Shown here piece by piece: positions 36,379 through 49,550 of a stretch of DNA of 64,000 nucleotides. Under the pieces are notes generated by a model. The model was not told where the DNA came from and did not search any database. It worked only from the letters and a program-made list of their open reading frames with translations. The DNA comes from Octopus sinensis (Eukaryota), in contig NC_042998.1 in assembly GCF_006345805.1 (NCBI RefSeq), positions 144,274,001 to 144,338,000 of the forward strand, read 5' to 3'. How positions within the stretch are numbered: the first letter of the stretch is position 1; the number at the start of each line of letters is the position of its first letter. Made by a program: the position numbers and the translations under genes.

Positions 36379-37640
36379 ATGATAGGTATGGTCCATGTTT
36401 CAAATGAGACGGTTAGGCCATTTTGTGGCAAGGGAGATGTGATCGCTTGGCTGCAAAAAATTAAGTTGGTCACAAGACTCCAAGGTATAGATGATCTAGC
36501 AAGTTTTATACCATTGTATCTCAATGGATCGGCACTGGCGCTATACCTGGAAATGGAAGAGAAGAACCAGTTGAGTGCAGAAAAATAGAAGGCCGGCTGA
36601 TGAAGGCTTTCACAGAAAGGCCATTTATGGCATGTGGTTGACTGGGGAAAGCAAAGTGGATGGGTGAACAGGTTGATGTGTTTGCCAACGAAACCAGGAG
36701 ATTGGCTAGACTCGTGGGATACAGAGATGGTACATTAGAACAAACCGTTAAATTAGCCTTTGTGACAGGATTTCCTGACCACATGTCGGTCGAACTGTAA
36801 AAGCTGCCAAACATTCACTCCATGGCAATGGGAGATGTAATATCTTGGGCCAGAGCCATCATCTCATGTTGCAGGGCGACACCTTTGGCAGCGACTGCAA
36901 CACCAAGAAGGGGTCAAACAAAGAGCGGCGGAGAGGGGTCGAACAAGGAACGTGTGTGACCCTTCAAAGGGCAGTGTTTATGGTGTCAGGGTTCACATAT
37001 GGCAAGGGACTGCAAGGAACCCAGGCCTGGAGTAATTTGCTATCGATGCAGACAGAGAGGCCACATCGCTAGTGAATGCATGCAGGGAATCAGTCCAAGG
37101 AAGACTACTGCACCGGTAGACATCCCGTGAAAAGAATAGAGGCACATATACAGTCATTGCCAGTAGTAGAAGTCATGGTGAACGGAAGGGTGTTATGAGC
37201 CCTCATGGACATGGGCTGCTCAACAACCCTAATGATTCCAGAAGTGGTAGAAGAATGGAGTGGAGTGAGTAGTGTAAGGGCCGTTGACGGTACAGAAGTT
37301 GAGAGCATAAGATGGTGAGCTGGCAGAAATGTTAGCACGCCAGGCGAAATGCTTTGCCATATTTTGTCAGCCGCTACGTTCTGAGTTCAAATTTCGCCGA
37401 GGTCGACTTTGCCTTTCATCCTTTCGGGGTCGATAAATTAAGTACCAGTTACGCACTGGGATCGATGTAATCAACTTAATCCGTTTGTCTGTCCTTGTTT
37501 GTCCCCTCTATGTTTAGCTCCTTGTAGGCAATAAAGAAATAAGAAGTTGAAAGCAGAGGAAGTAGCAATGTAGAGTTGAAGGTATGAGGAACAAGACTGA
37601 GGTTGCGGGTGATTGTGATTGATCGTGTAGTGGACGGGAT
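36379..37640 (+). pseudogene. Gypsy-like gag (two zinc knuckles) and aspartic protease, with stops and frameshifts, interrupted by a SINE
   Basis: RPFCGKGDVIAWLQKIKLV...FIPLYLNGSALALY; knuckles CLWCQGSHMARDC and CYRCRQRGHIASEC; protease LPVVEVMVNGRVL*ALMDMGCSTTL. It resumes after the SINE as GSSNVELKV*GTRLRLRVIVIDRVVDGI. Confidence 0.9.
37308..37541 (+). mobile_element. SINE family B inserted in the Gypsy protease, with a 14-bp TSD
   Basis: AGAAGTTGA(G/A)AGCA lies at 37294-37307 and 37542-37555. The head is GAGCTGGCAGAAATGTTAGC...GAGTTCAAAT. Confidence 0.92.
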
Positions 37641-38480
37641 CAATATATTGGCAGCTCTACATGGAGCCATATTTATTTGAGGTAGCCAGTCTTTCTTAAC
37701 ATAGTGGTTTACTCGGTCTCTACTGTCCCACATGCAAAGAAAGCATGGGTATCTGGTATAACCAGATTGCTGTTCCATAAGAAAATTCACCATCTTAAGT
37801 CAACACAGATGACCCATTTATGATCATGATACAGTGTCTTCTCTAAAACCAACTTAATTTCTTCATATTTTTCCTTCAAAGTTGTTGGGTGGCCAAGTCA
37901 TTAACAGGTCATACACATTTCCATTGGACAACAATATACATTTTAAACTACGCTTAAGCTGTCTATGAAAAGACACCATTCCTCTGGTTTGAATTCCTCA
38001 ATGCCAAGTTTATTAAGAAGCCCACTGACATCTCTGCAGTAAACTAGCTCTTCTCTTTTGTGAAGAAAGAAAAGAACTCTTCATGCCAACTCTGATAAAA
38101 GGTTATACAAATACTATTTTCTAGAAGATTTTTCTTTTTCAATCAGGAAACCAAAAGTTCTGCAGAATTTTTTTGGAGGTTCAAGTCACGAACTAGATCA
38201 TTCAGCTCTACCTGAGAGAATAGCTGAGGTAAAGTCTCAATTAAAAAGTCTTGATCTCTGGTGTCATCTTCAGGTGAAAAATCTTCTTTGGTTGAGTGTG
38301 AAGTTATCTGAAGCAAGACACTGAAGACAAGAACAGGAAGTTCTTCAGTGTGGAACTGGTCTAATGACAGAGGCAAGATTAAGATAGACAAGCATTTGTC
38401 AATTTTTCTGGTTAATACCCTTCAAATTTAGGTTACAAAAATAGCAGTTGTCCACGTGATTATAGGACTCAATAACTTAA
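37641..38480 (-). pseudogene. Chapaev3-like (CMC superfamily) transposase relic
   Basis: Minus-strand blocks: NHVDNCYFC; PQLFSQVELNDLVRDLNLQKNSAELL; EWCLFIDS..SLKCILLSNGN; WVICVDLKMVNFLMEQQSGYTRYPCFLCMWDSR. The family name is from motif recall. Confidence 0.8.
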
Positions 38481-38799
38481 AAACTAGATATGATTACAAA
38501 AGGAGTTTACAATGAGCTCAGTACTCTTACAATATAAATCTTGTTTCCCTAACATATTCTTTGTGAAATAGTCTTGTATTTTTATATATCTGTATTGTAT
38601 TGTGCATTTTTGGAAATAGTTATTTTCTGTCTTGTCTTGCTTGGGCTTTTTTTTTTTTTTTAAATCCATAGGAACATAATCTCACTTGATAATATGAAAT
38701 TTAGTAGGAAAATTAATTTCGCATACCAGAATTTCGCATTACAGCCAAATTTTCAGGAATGTATTACTTCTGTAAAGTGAGAGACCCCTCTCTCTGTGT

Positions 38800-38831
<32 letters not shown>

Positions 38832-40250
38832 ATATACATACATACACGTGTGCATATGGATATTTACTCATACATACATACATATGTACATATATATATG
38901 TGTGTTACTCAAAGGAATTCCAACTCTGTTTTTTATGTTTTATTTATATTCTTATAATATTAATATAGGATATAGAATATATAGTAAGAAAGAAATGAAA
39001 TGAAGTATTGATTGTCTTATTGAAGAAATGAAATATTGAAAATTAAATATTAAATGTCTATCGGTGTCATGCAAATGGCATCTGTGCAGGTGGCACATAA
39101 AAGCACCGATTACACTCTCAGGGATGTCCATTAGGGATGTCCAGCCATAGAAAACCATGCCAAATCAGACTGGAGTCTGGTGCAGCCTTCCAGCTTACCA
39201 GCCCCAGTCAAAGCATCCAACCCATGCCAGCATGGACAATAGATGTTAAATGATGATAATAAACATGCATGTATATGTTTGTAGGTATGTCTAGAAATGA
39301 AAGATGTTTACAAAGCTGATCAACATACATCAGCAAGAAAATACAGACAAAAACAAGGTCATTGATGATGATGATGATAGTAACACAGACACACACACAT
39401 CCATACACAAATACACACAAACACATGAACTGTAAACAGTTGTACAATTCAGGGTGTGAAATAGAAATTAATGACACCATACACATTGTGTGAATGACTA
39501 AGAATTTAGCCTATTAAGCTATGACAAACACTCCTAACAATACTTCATATGGAGATATACTAAATTACAAAGAGAAAGTGTGTATGCGTAACAAAATATA
39601 AATAAAACATAAATGTATTGAGAAAGTGTCATGAAAGTCATTTATAAGAGAAATGTTCCGTTTAAATGCACATTTTGTTTTTATTTTATGATAGTGAATA
39701 TATAATATGATAGTATATAATGTTATATAATAAGTATCAATTGTCTTTCTCAAATATGACCACTGACTCAAAACACCCCTGTATCTTAACACATCATCTA
39801 GGATCATATTCATTATCTATTATTAAGTATCAAAGTCTTTCTAGTTGTATATCTATGACCTGATCTCTGGTTCAACATTCCCCTGTAATTCAAAATACCA
39901 TCCCAGATCATATATCATCATTTTAAAGTTCATTTTTCCATGTATGCATAGGTTGGACAAAATTCAATGAGGCAGATTTTCTATGGCCATATATCACCAA
40001 CTCATAACTGTTTCCAAGTAACCAGACATGTCTTAACAGAAGATTAGAAATGAAAAATACCACTTGCATGACAGTCACGCACACACACACACATATGGCA
40101 TGCTTCTTTCAGACAAATCCACTCACAAGGCTTTAATTATCCTGGGACTAGGGAAGAAGACACTCGCCAAAGGTGCTATGGAGTGGGACTGAACCCAGAA
40201 CCATGTGGTTGGGAAGTAAACTTCTTACTACACAACCACACCCTACACCT

Positions 40251-40285
<35 letters not shown>

Positions 40286-40424
40286 CAAATATATATTATA
40301 CATGCTAATACAAGACCCACATTAAACTCTTCACTCGTATCACTATCAAACCAAGAGTTTAACTACAGTCTGTCCATAGCACTTACTTAGTGTTACCTGT
40401 CACTCTTTGGGTCTTCTAGATACC

Positions 40425-40487
<63 letters not shown>

Positions 40488-43344
40488 GTATTCTCATTGG
40501 ATATCTATAACCTGATTTAATCCAAGTGAGATTCTCAACCATTACTAATTTCATTACCATACAGTTCTCATGTCAAATTCCAATGGCATCAACGTTTTTA
40601 TCTGTCTAACATGGTATTACCTCTTGCATACCAAGTATGTCAAATTAGCCCTTTTGTTATTTCCACTGATGATAATAAACAGTCTTTGTTTCAATTAATT
40701 TTGAAAATAATGAAGAACTTAGTAAAATAACTTTATCTTTATTAGGCTGAGTTATTTATTTATAGAATAGGAAATGTGCAGAATTATTAGAGCAAACATA
40801 ATTGTAGTGAACAGCTACCAAATTTCTGAGTTAGGGTCCAAAACTAAATCCACATTTTCCTACAAGTCATCAGCCTATTGTTCAAGCCTGTTGCACTAAG
40901 GAATTTATCAGAAAAAAGCTGACTTCTTGATTTTTCACATGCCATACATAGGTCACAACTGATGGAGAAATCCTTTGCTTTCAGCTTGACCTAGATTAGT
41001 TAGAAAGATAAAACACAACAGCAAATAAGTTCTTTCTATTTTGGTCATTTGATGTCTACCTGAAGAGCAACTCTCTCAGCATGCTGGTCAACAGCAGATC
41101 TATCATCCTCTCTACATAGTTATATACTTTGTCTCTCTTTAGTAGTAACTCACACAATGGACCATGGAACTTGAGGCGATATGTGTACTGCACAACAACA
41201 AACAATTTGTGTACACGCCACAACTCAAAGTTGTATTTTCTATATTGTAACAACATAATAATCATATTAACAAATGGCCATCTTAATAAGCAGTTAATAT
41301 TTTTCTTCATATTTGATGCATATTAAAACAATCCACAAGTTACACATGATTCCTCACTTAGATATTTGATAGTTGTTCACTACATATTTGTTTGAGCACT
41401 TTATATCCTAAATTCAAATCCTGCTCAAGTCAACTTTGTTTTTCATCCCTTTGATACAGTACTGCTCAAGTATAGAGTTTAATGATATCAACTAACTCCT
41501 CCTTCCCTTAAAATTTCTAGCTTTGTTTCCTAAATTAAAACTATTATTAAGCTGGTATTTACAATATTAATTAACACGAAATCTTAATGGAAAGTTTTTT
41601 TTTTTTTCATTTAGATCACTTTCAAACTGGAAGTCTGTATGATAGAAGTAGAGGTTGTTTCAGAAGGTTGGTATTAAAAAGGATTAAGTAGCAGTAATAT
41701 ACTGGTGTCAATGCATTGGCTTATAAGAACATTTCTAGCAAAACAACTATCTAAAATTTTGCTGTATATCAGAAAGGTACCTACACCAATAAACACACAC
41801 TTGTAGTATATTTCACCTCTTTTATTATTATTATTAATCAATTGGTTAATGATCTAACCAGTTAACTCATCAATTATTTGATTAACCAATCAGTCAATCA
41901 ATCAATCAAGCAGCTAGGTTTGCCAAATCCCTTTCATCACCATTCACAACTTCATCAATGACATACCCTCTCTATTCCAGGTCTTATTTGACTGAACAAT
42001 TAATTAAACAATCGATTAGTTAATTGATTAGATGGTTAAGCAACTGACCAAAAATATATAAAAGAAGTGAAACAGAACCAGTGCATGTGTTTATTATTGG
42101 CATAATGACCCTCTTGTGATAACCCAAAATCTGTTTTAACACAAAAGCTCACATCAAGAACCAAGAAAACCAAATCCAAAAATAAAACTATCTAAAAACA
42201 GTAAAGAAACAATGTTGTTGCTTAGTCAAAGCAAGTTTAGATAAGTAAAAATGTGCAAGTTATTGATTCTACAGAATGCTTTTACAATACTCTAGATCTA
42301 GTTTATTAGCTAACAACAGACAAATAGATATGTGATGAGAAGCTACTGCCTAGAAATTAGAGTAGTCAGCCTCTCAAGATGATGGTGGATTTGGCAGCAG
42401 CGGGGGGGGGGGCAGTAGTAGTGGTGTTGGTGGTGGTGGTGATGGTGGTGATAGCAGCAGCTGCATTAACAGTGGTGATGAGTATGCTAATGTTGATATT
42501 TTCAAGGTTGATGTTTCTCATTGCTGACATTGTTGAAGCTTCCTTAACAGAAATATTCATTTGTTTGTATGCTTTTACACCTGTTCTTCCATGATAGCAT
42601 GAATTAGATGAACATATTATTGAGTCCCTGTTTTAACAATCAGATGCCCTTCTTATTGCTAATACTTACCTGTTTTTTTTTGTTTTAGTTTTTTTTGCTT
42701 ATGTTTTGGGATTTTTTTAAAGTAAGGAATATCTTATTCCACATGTCTTTTAGGGCATAAAAACAACAGAAAACCCTTTGACAAGGGAGATTATTGTATC
42801 ATCACTACCCATAGCATAGTGATTATACAAACACACATACAACTCCTCTTCAGCAAAAAATCTGTTATACTCTGATCCCATCTCTCATCTCCTAGAATAA
42901 AGCTGCATCTTTTAGGGCATGTAATCTTGAAGGCTGCAGAGAACTGGTTCATGTGACATCAAGGTATGATACTAACCTGCCTAACACTACCTCTAGTTCT
43001 ATAATGCAAACTTCCTGTCTTCAAGCAATCTAAATTAAAACCTATGTTATCTATGTTCCAAACACCAGTCTAACCTTTCAGCATTCAGATTACTCTGTCA
43101 AATATAATGCTTATTTATTCACATTGTTTTAAATTAATCACCTATTCTCTCATAACTTTGAGATTTTTATGATGTGATTGGATATTGTGAGAATGACATT
43201 GCAGGGTAGATGTAAGAGACCAGATCTGGCCAGTTTGAACATAAAGCAGGTAGAATACTTCATGATTTTTAAAATTAATCGAAACAAAAGCAATTTATTT
43301 CAACAAGAATATGGTAACAAAAGAGTTAAATGACTTAAGCCAGC

Positions 43345-43548
43345 AAGGAGACAGGATCATTAACACAGCGGGCAAAGTGCTTAGTGGTATTTCTTCCAGC
43401 TCACTATTTTCTGAGTTCAAATCCCACCAAGTGCAATTTTGCCTTTCATCCATTATTGGTAGATAAAATAAAGTACCAGCCACATACTGAGGGAGATGTA
43501 ACTGACTAACCTCATTCTCCTAAAATTTCCAGCTTTGTTCCAAAATTT
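43345..43548 (+). mobile_element. SINE family B, degraded
   Basis: GAGTTCAAATCCCACC...TTTGCCTTTCATCC...AAGTACCAG. Confidence 0.75.
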
Positions 43549-43549
43549 A

Positions 43550-43925
43550 GGTGTGAATGTGTGGTAAGGAGCTTGCTTCCCAACCACATGGCACTGGGTT
43601 CAGTCCCACTGTGTGGCACCTTGGGCAAGTATCTTCTACTATAGTCTCAGACCAACCAAAACCTTGTGAGTGGATTTGGTAGACGGAAACTGAAGGAAGC
43701 CCATCATATATATGGTTGTGTATGTTTGTCACCTCTACCACTTTACAACCAGTGTTGATGTGTTTACACTCCTGTAACTTAACAGTTCAGCAAAAGAGGC
43801 CAATAGAATAAGTACTAAACTTTAAAAAAATAAGACCTGGGGCCAATTTGTTTGACTAAAAATCCTTCAAGGCAGTGCCCCAACATGGCCACAGTCAAAT
43901 GACTGAAACGAATAAAAGATAAAAG
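43550..43925 (+). mobile_element. Family A SINE
   Basis: Head, CORE-like segment and tail are present. Confidence 0.85.
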
Positions 43926-44125
43926 ACAAAATAATTATTTAAATGACTTGTCATCATCAAATGCTGACATCTACAAACAAAAAACAAAAATGTCATTACA
44001 GAAACAAAATGTCAATGTCTGCTGAATCCCGTTTTATGCATTCCACATTGTTGCTGGTGCTGCTGTTGTTGTTGTTGTTGTTTAGCCTAAGGCATAACAT
44101 TGTTTCATATTTCATTCCTGTTTAA

Positions 44126-44337
44126 ACCCTTTAGCATTTAAATTGGCCATAGACAATCCAAATATTCTACTTGTTTTATGACTAGATTCAGCCTCTCACA
44201 CCTATCTCACAATGTCATTCTAAAAGTAAACAATCACATCATAGAAATCTCAAAGCTACAAGATACTGCATGATTAATTCAAAACATTGTGAATAAATAA
44301 GCATTACATTTGACAGAGTAATCTGAAAGCTAAAGGG
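44126..44337. mobile_element. piggyBac-like MITE, same family as 8589-8799
   Basis: TTAA(A)CCCTTTAGCATT...AAAGCTAAAGGG|TTAA. Confidence 0.75.
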
Positions 44338-44855
44338 TTAAGATGACAGGGTGTGATTTGAGGAAAATTTTCCTGTTAATTCTAGTAAATCAAGTGATTG
44401 TGTAGAGACTCCCTCATTGGTTTTACATATTCCATATTGTTAATATTGTTTAGCCCTGGATCAGTCCTAATCAAGCAGACTTTTGATTACAGACATTCCT
44501 GACATTTTGTAAACCTTGCATTACAGTGTCTCATGTTTTGTTCCTGTTTAAGACAGCAGGGTATGATAAGGGAAACTTTTTACAACTATTTCTAGCAAAT
44601 CAAGCAACTGTATAGAGGCTCCAGTTGTGGTTTCACACATTCAACATTGTTGACCTTGTCATTATTGTTTAGCCATGAATCAGCTCTAATCAACCATGAC
44701 ATTTTCTAAATCTATAGTTACATTGCTCTTGGTTTTATTTCTGCTTTAAGATAGTTGGGTGTGATTTGAGGGAAACTTTGCTGCTATTTCTAGCAAATCA
44801 AGCTAATATGTAGAGAATCCATCCTTGATTTCCACACATTTCATGTTGTTATATT
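44338..44855. repeat. Diverged tandem trimer of an about 200-bp dispersed repeat
   Basis: GGGTGTGATTTGAGG...ATTTCTAG(C/T)AAATCAAG recurs at about 44350, 44560 and 44755. Confidence 0.7.
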
Positions 44856-45554
44856 TTGGAAGTGATCTGGATGGAATTTAGCAGAAGTGAGTTCTGACCT
44901 TTCAGTTTTATCGGGTGTAACTGGAATCAGAACTTCAAACCTTTCACAACTATTGTTTTCAAAGTTTTTAACATTTCAGTTCTCTTACAACAGCTGCGAT
45001 TATCTCTTTTATGGGTGCAGTGGTGAGGGAGAGATTAGTGGTATCATTAGAACTTTAGATAAACTGCTTTCAGCATTTATTCGGATTCTCCGACTCACTC
45101 TGTCCTATGTTCAAATCCTGCCAAGAGAAACATTGTCTCTCATTTCTCCAGGGTCAATATGATTAAGTACCAATCATGTAGTGGACTAATATTATCAACT
45201 AATTCCATCTCCCCCAAATTTCTGTCTTTATGCCCAAGTTAGATCTTGCACCTCCCCTAAGTATAAGGTAAACTTCCTGTGAACTGTTACTATTCCACAC
45301 ATTTCTGTGTCACTAATATATTTTATAAAACAATTTCCCATGATACCTTTATCTTAATTTATTTCTTTTTTAATCAGCATTTGTTATGCATACCTTGACT
45401 TATCCTTATTTTTTATTTCTTATCTCCATTATACAGTTCATGTCATTCACAATGAAATATTTTATTTTTTCATTTTATAAATTCTTTATAAGAGAATTTT
45501 ATATCTTATAGTATTATATTTTTATATATCTATATACCCTCCTATATACTTGTG

Positions 45555-46642
45555 TAACTGTTCTGGGGCCATTACTGTTCATAATAGCCTTATTAGACAT
45601 GACCACAGTCACTCAGACAACCACTGCCACCAGCTATGCTGATGATACAAAATTATCACAGGCAATAAAAAACCAAGATGATGTTTCAAGCTTACAGCAG
45701 GACCTAAACTCAATATACAAGTGGGCCAAAGTAAACAAAATGCAGTTTAATACTGGAAAATTTCAAACACTGCACTATCAACTCACAAATACAGTACAAT
45801 CTACATTTACAGGACCCGAAGGCACTACAATCTCAGAGTCACAGGCAGTGAAGCACTTGGGGATCAGTATGTGCAATGACGCATCATTTCATATGCACAT
45901 AAGCAAGATGGCAGCAAAGTGCAGACAACTGGCAGTATGGATACTGAAGTCCTTCATGACAAGAGACCAAGAAACTATGTTGACCCTGTGGAGAACCTTT
46001 GTTCTCAGCCACCTGGATTACTACTCCCAGGTCACCATATAGTGCCAAACTAACAATGGAGCTTGAAGCAGTCCAACACCACTACACTAAAAAGATTGAA
46101 ACAGTGCAGCGGGTGAGCTACAGGGATTGGCTGAGAAAACTACAGCTTTACTCCCTGGAGCGAAGGTATGAGAGATATGCAATAATATACATATGGGAAA
46201 TCCTAGAAGGGCTAGTACCTAATTTTGGCATTGCATGTTATACAAATGCCAGAACTGGCCACCATTGTATTATATCAAAGGTACCATCCACTCCATCTAA
46301 ATTCAGGAACAGGTATTGCAATAGTATAGGGTTCAAAGGCCTATAGCTCTTCAATGCCCTGCCACAAAAACTAAGAAATTTGCATAAGATGGAAGTAGAT
46401 GGTTTCGAAAAAGAACGAGACATCCTACTCTCCACAATACCGGATGAACCAACAGTCTGACATTAGGTATAGACGAGGGCAGCGGAATCAAACTCCCGTA
46501 TACACCAAATGTACCAACAGCTGGGATAAAGGCACATATAGGAGTGGTGATGTGAAACACCTAAACTGAAGAAGTCAGAAAGATCATGGTGGTGTTCCAG
46601 CATGACTGCGGCCGCATGGCTGAAATGAGTAAAAGAGTAAGA
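45555..46642 (+). mobile_element. 5'-truncated CR1-type LINE (RT motifs 4-7, C-terminus and 3' UTR), frameshifted
   Basis: VLGPLLFII...SYADDTKL...LQQDLNSIYKWAKVNKMQFNTGKF...SHLDY, a frameshift, then YSLERRYERYAIIYIWEILEGLVPN...LFNALP...IPDEP...RAAESNS. The tail ends GAGTAAAAGAGTAAGA. Confidence 0.92.
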
Positions 46643-48689
46643 TTGTAGAGGGGTTTATAATTTTCTTCATAAAACTCACTGTATAATACAATATGGTATT
46701 TATATTTATAATTGATGATAATGATGATGACTACAATGGTGGTGATAGTGCCATGAGAGGAAGATGATAATACTGAGAGAGGTAAAGAACATAATTGTAG
46801 TTACAACGACAAACTAAAGGATGAGAATATTCAAGCGGTAATGAGTATAAATGGTAGCAATGAAGACGACAAGGATGGTGATGTTGATGGTGGTGGTGAT
46901 AGTAGGGTAGGATGACAATAATGTTGCTACCTGGGGTGTTGACAATGATACTGCTGATAGGAATAAGAATGATATTGAAGTGATGGTAATGGTGGTGATA
47001 ATGATGATAATGATGGATTACTATAAGAAACAATAATTGATACCAAATAAGTCTTTAGAAATTCTTGTTTTAATCAGAAATTTGTATGGCTCAAAACAGC
47101 TGCTCTTGATTAAAAACAACTTAATTAGCAAAGATCTTTTCTTACAAACATTACCTGTAGAACATGTGCATACACTTACAAATACACCACACACACGCGG
47201 GGGTGAGGGTTGGGCTATTGCTTAAATATATCAATTGTGCAAAGTAGTTGTTTTTGAAAACACAAGTGAAGCATTCCAATTCATTTAATTTCGTGAAATA
47301 GATAGTTTATATTCTAGAAAGTTATTATCACAAACAGGAATGGTAAACAGAAAACGAAGACTGCATTCACTAAGACTACAAGAGAACAACATTCACTAGT
47401 TATAAATAGGTTAAAAGTATTGGTAGACACTGCAAACATTTCCAAAGTATGGGAAAGTTAAAAATAAGATGGATTTCTATTGTTGAAAGTTGGATTATTC
47501 AGAAAGTGTCTAATAATAGAGATATTTTCAATGGTATCTGACATGTAATGAACTTCCAGGAGAATTTACAAAGATTTTTGACCTGACAAAACATCACATT
47601 CTTTGTTATAGATAGATAAATAGTAATGGACATTCTTGTCTTACACTAATTGCTTAGTGAGAATAGAAAGCAGTGACTATGATTTCCTCAAGGAGAGTCT
47701 GAGACGTTTTGGTTCAGCCATTTTGGCAGAGTTTATTTGGCCTTGCTGATTCAACAACTTATTTGACATGAGAATGTTTTAATGTCTCTCTCTCTCTCTT
47801 TCCATTCCCCTCTCTTTGTCTTTGGTATATTTGTGTGAGCATATTTTCTTTATGCGTATCAGGAGAGGTGAAGCGTATGTGTCAATCCTGTTTAACCCCT
47901 TGCAGACAGGAAGCGATACTGACCACATCGAAACAATGTGTGTGTGAGCCATATGATGTCTCACTATGTGCAGCACTGTGTTTTTGACTGTACCACAGAG
48001 AAGACTCTGTAAATACACAGTGAAATTCTTTGTATGCAAAATTATGTAGTTACTAAACGGCCTAATAACATCTGCAAGGGGTTAATTAATAAATTATAAT
48101 CTCTCTCTCTCACTCTCTCTCTATCTGTAAGTGTATATTTCTATGCGTGTGTGTGTGTGCTTCTTTGTCTTGACATCAGGCAACAATTGTAAACATCAGA
48201 CAAGCAGTATCCTTCATTCCAGTTATTGACAAATATTACTTTGCTTGGAAACAAGTGAGGTTTGGTAACATGAAGGGCATCTGGCTATAGAAAATTTGCC
48301 CAAATAAATTCTGTCTGATCCTTGCAGATACAGAAAAGTAAACATTATCATCACTCATCAGTATCGTCATTATTTAACATGTTTTCCATGGTGGCATGGG
48401 TTTGACAGTTTGACAGAAACTAGAAAAGCTAGAAGACTGCACCAAGTCCTATTGTCTTCTTTGGTATTTCTATGGTTGGATGCCCTTCCTAATATCAACC
48501 ACTTTACAGAGTGTACTGGGTGTTTTTTATGTGGCACTAGGAGCAGTGAGGTTACAAAATAACTTGCAGGACAAGTTCCCTCAGCTGAGGGGTGGGAAGT
48601 ATTAAGAGTTATGGGAGAGAAGGGAGACCATGGTCATAAAGGACACACCTTTATGTCCTGGATTTTGGACATTCAAAACAATGATTTTC

Positions 48690-49058
48690 ATTGTTTCAGT
48701 CATTAGGCTACAGCCATGCTGGGGCACTGCCTTGATAAACTTTTAGTCCAATGAATCAACCCCAATACTTTTTTTTTTAAAGTCTGGACTCTTTTTGTCA
48801 AATTGCTACATTACAGGGACATAAACAAACCAACACTGGTTGTCAAGCAGTGGTGGATGACAAACACACACATGTATATATATACACACACACACAACAG
48901 GCATCTTTAAGTTTCCATCTACCAAATCCACTCACAAGGTTTTGGTCGGCCCAAGGCTTTAGTTGAAGACATTTGCCCAAGGTGCCACACAGTGGGACTG
49001 AACTCAAAAACATATGGTTGGGAAGCAAGCTTCTTACCACACACCGACGCCTGCACCT
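48690..49058 (-). mobile_element. Family A SINE
   Basis: Colinear with 951-1378. Confidence 0.85.
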
Positions 49059-49344
49059 ATATGTTTAGTTTTAGTCAGGAAGTCAAGGGGAAAAGAAAAT
49101 AGGTTTGTAAGTCAAGCTTATTATCATATTTGTTAACCCAATTTTCTATTTCTTAAATATATGTATTACTGTTCTTGGCCTTTCAAAGTTCAACAAGAGA
49201 TACACAAATCTGCATTTATTAGCTAGTTAAAATTATAGTTTGTGCGTGTGCATTTGTGTACGCATTTTATGAATGTGTAAAAATGAAAATCGTATGTGTG
49301 TGTATATATGGACATTAAATGATGATGAAGATTATATAGATATA

Positions 49345-49550
49345 TGAAGGGGTACTAAAAAGTTCCTGGCTTTGGGTAAAAGAAAATACAAGAGGATCAG
49401 TTATTATGATTTTATTCAACATATTCTCTCTCAGATTCACACACTTATTGCAGCGGTCCTTCAGTTTTTTTAAACCCTGCAAAAGAACTTGGAAAGTTGA
49501 GCCTCCAACTAGGCCTTTAACAATACCCTTAAAGCCAGGAACTTTTCAGC
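49345..49550. mobile_element. Mariner-derived MITE, right end clipped
   Basis: TA|TGAAGGGGTACTAAAAAGTTCCTGGCTTT...AAAGCCAGGAACTTTTCAGC inverted termini. Confidence 0.75.

Noticed and set aside
41060-41112. Minus-strand exon reading EDDRSAVDQHAERVALQ
   Set aside because: There is no polypyrimidine tract, the donor GTAGAC is weak and the peptide was not recognised.
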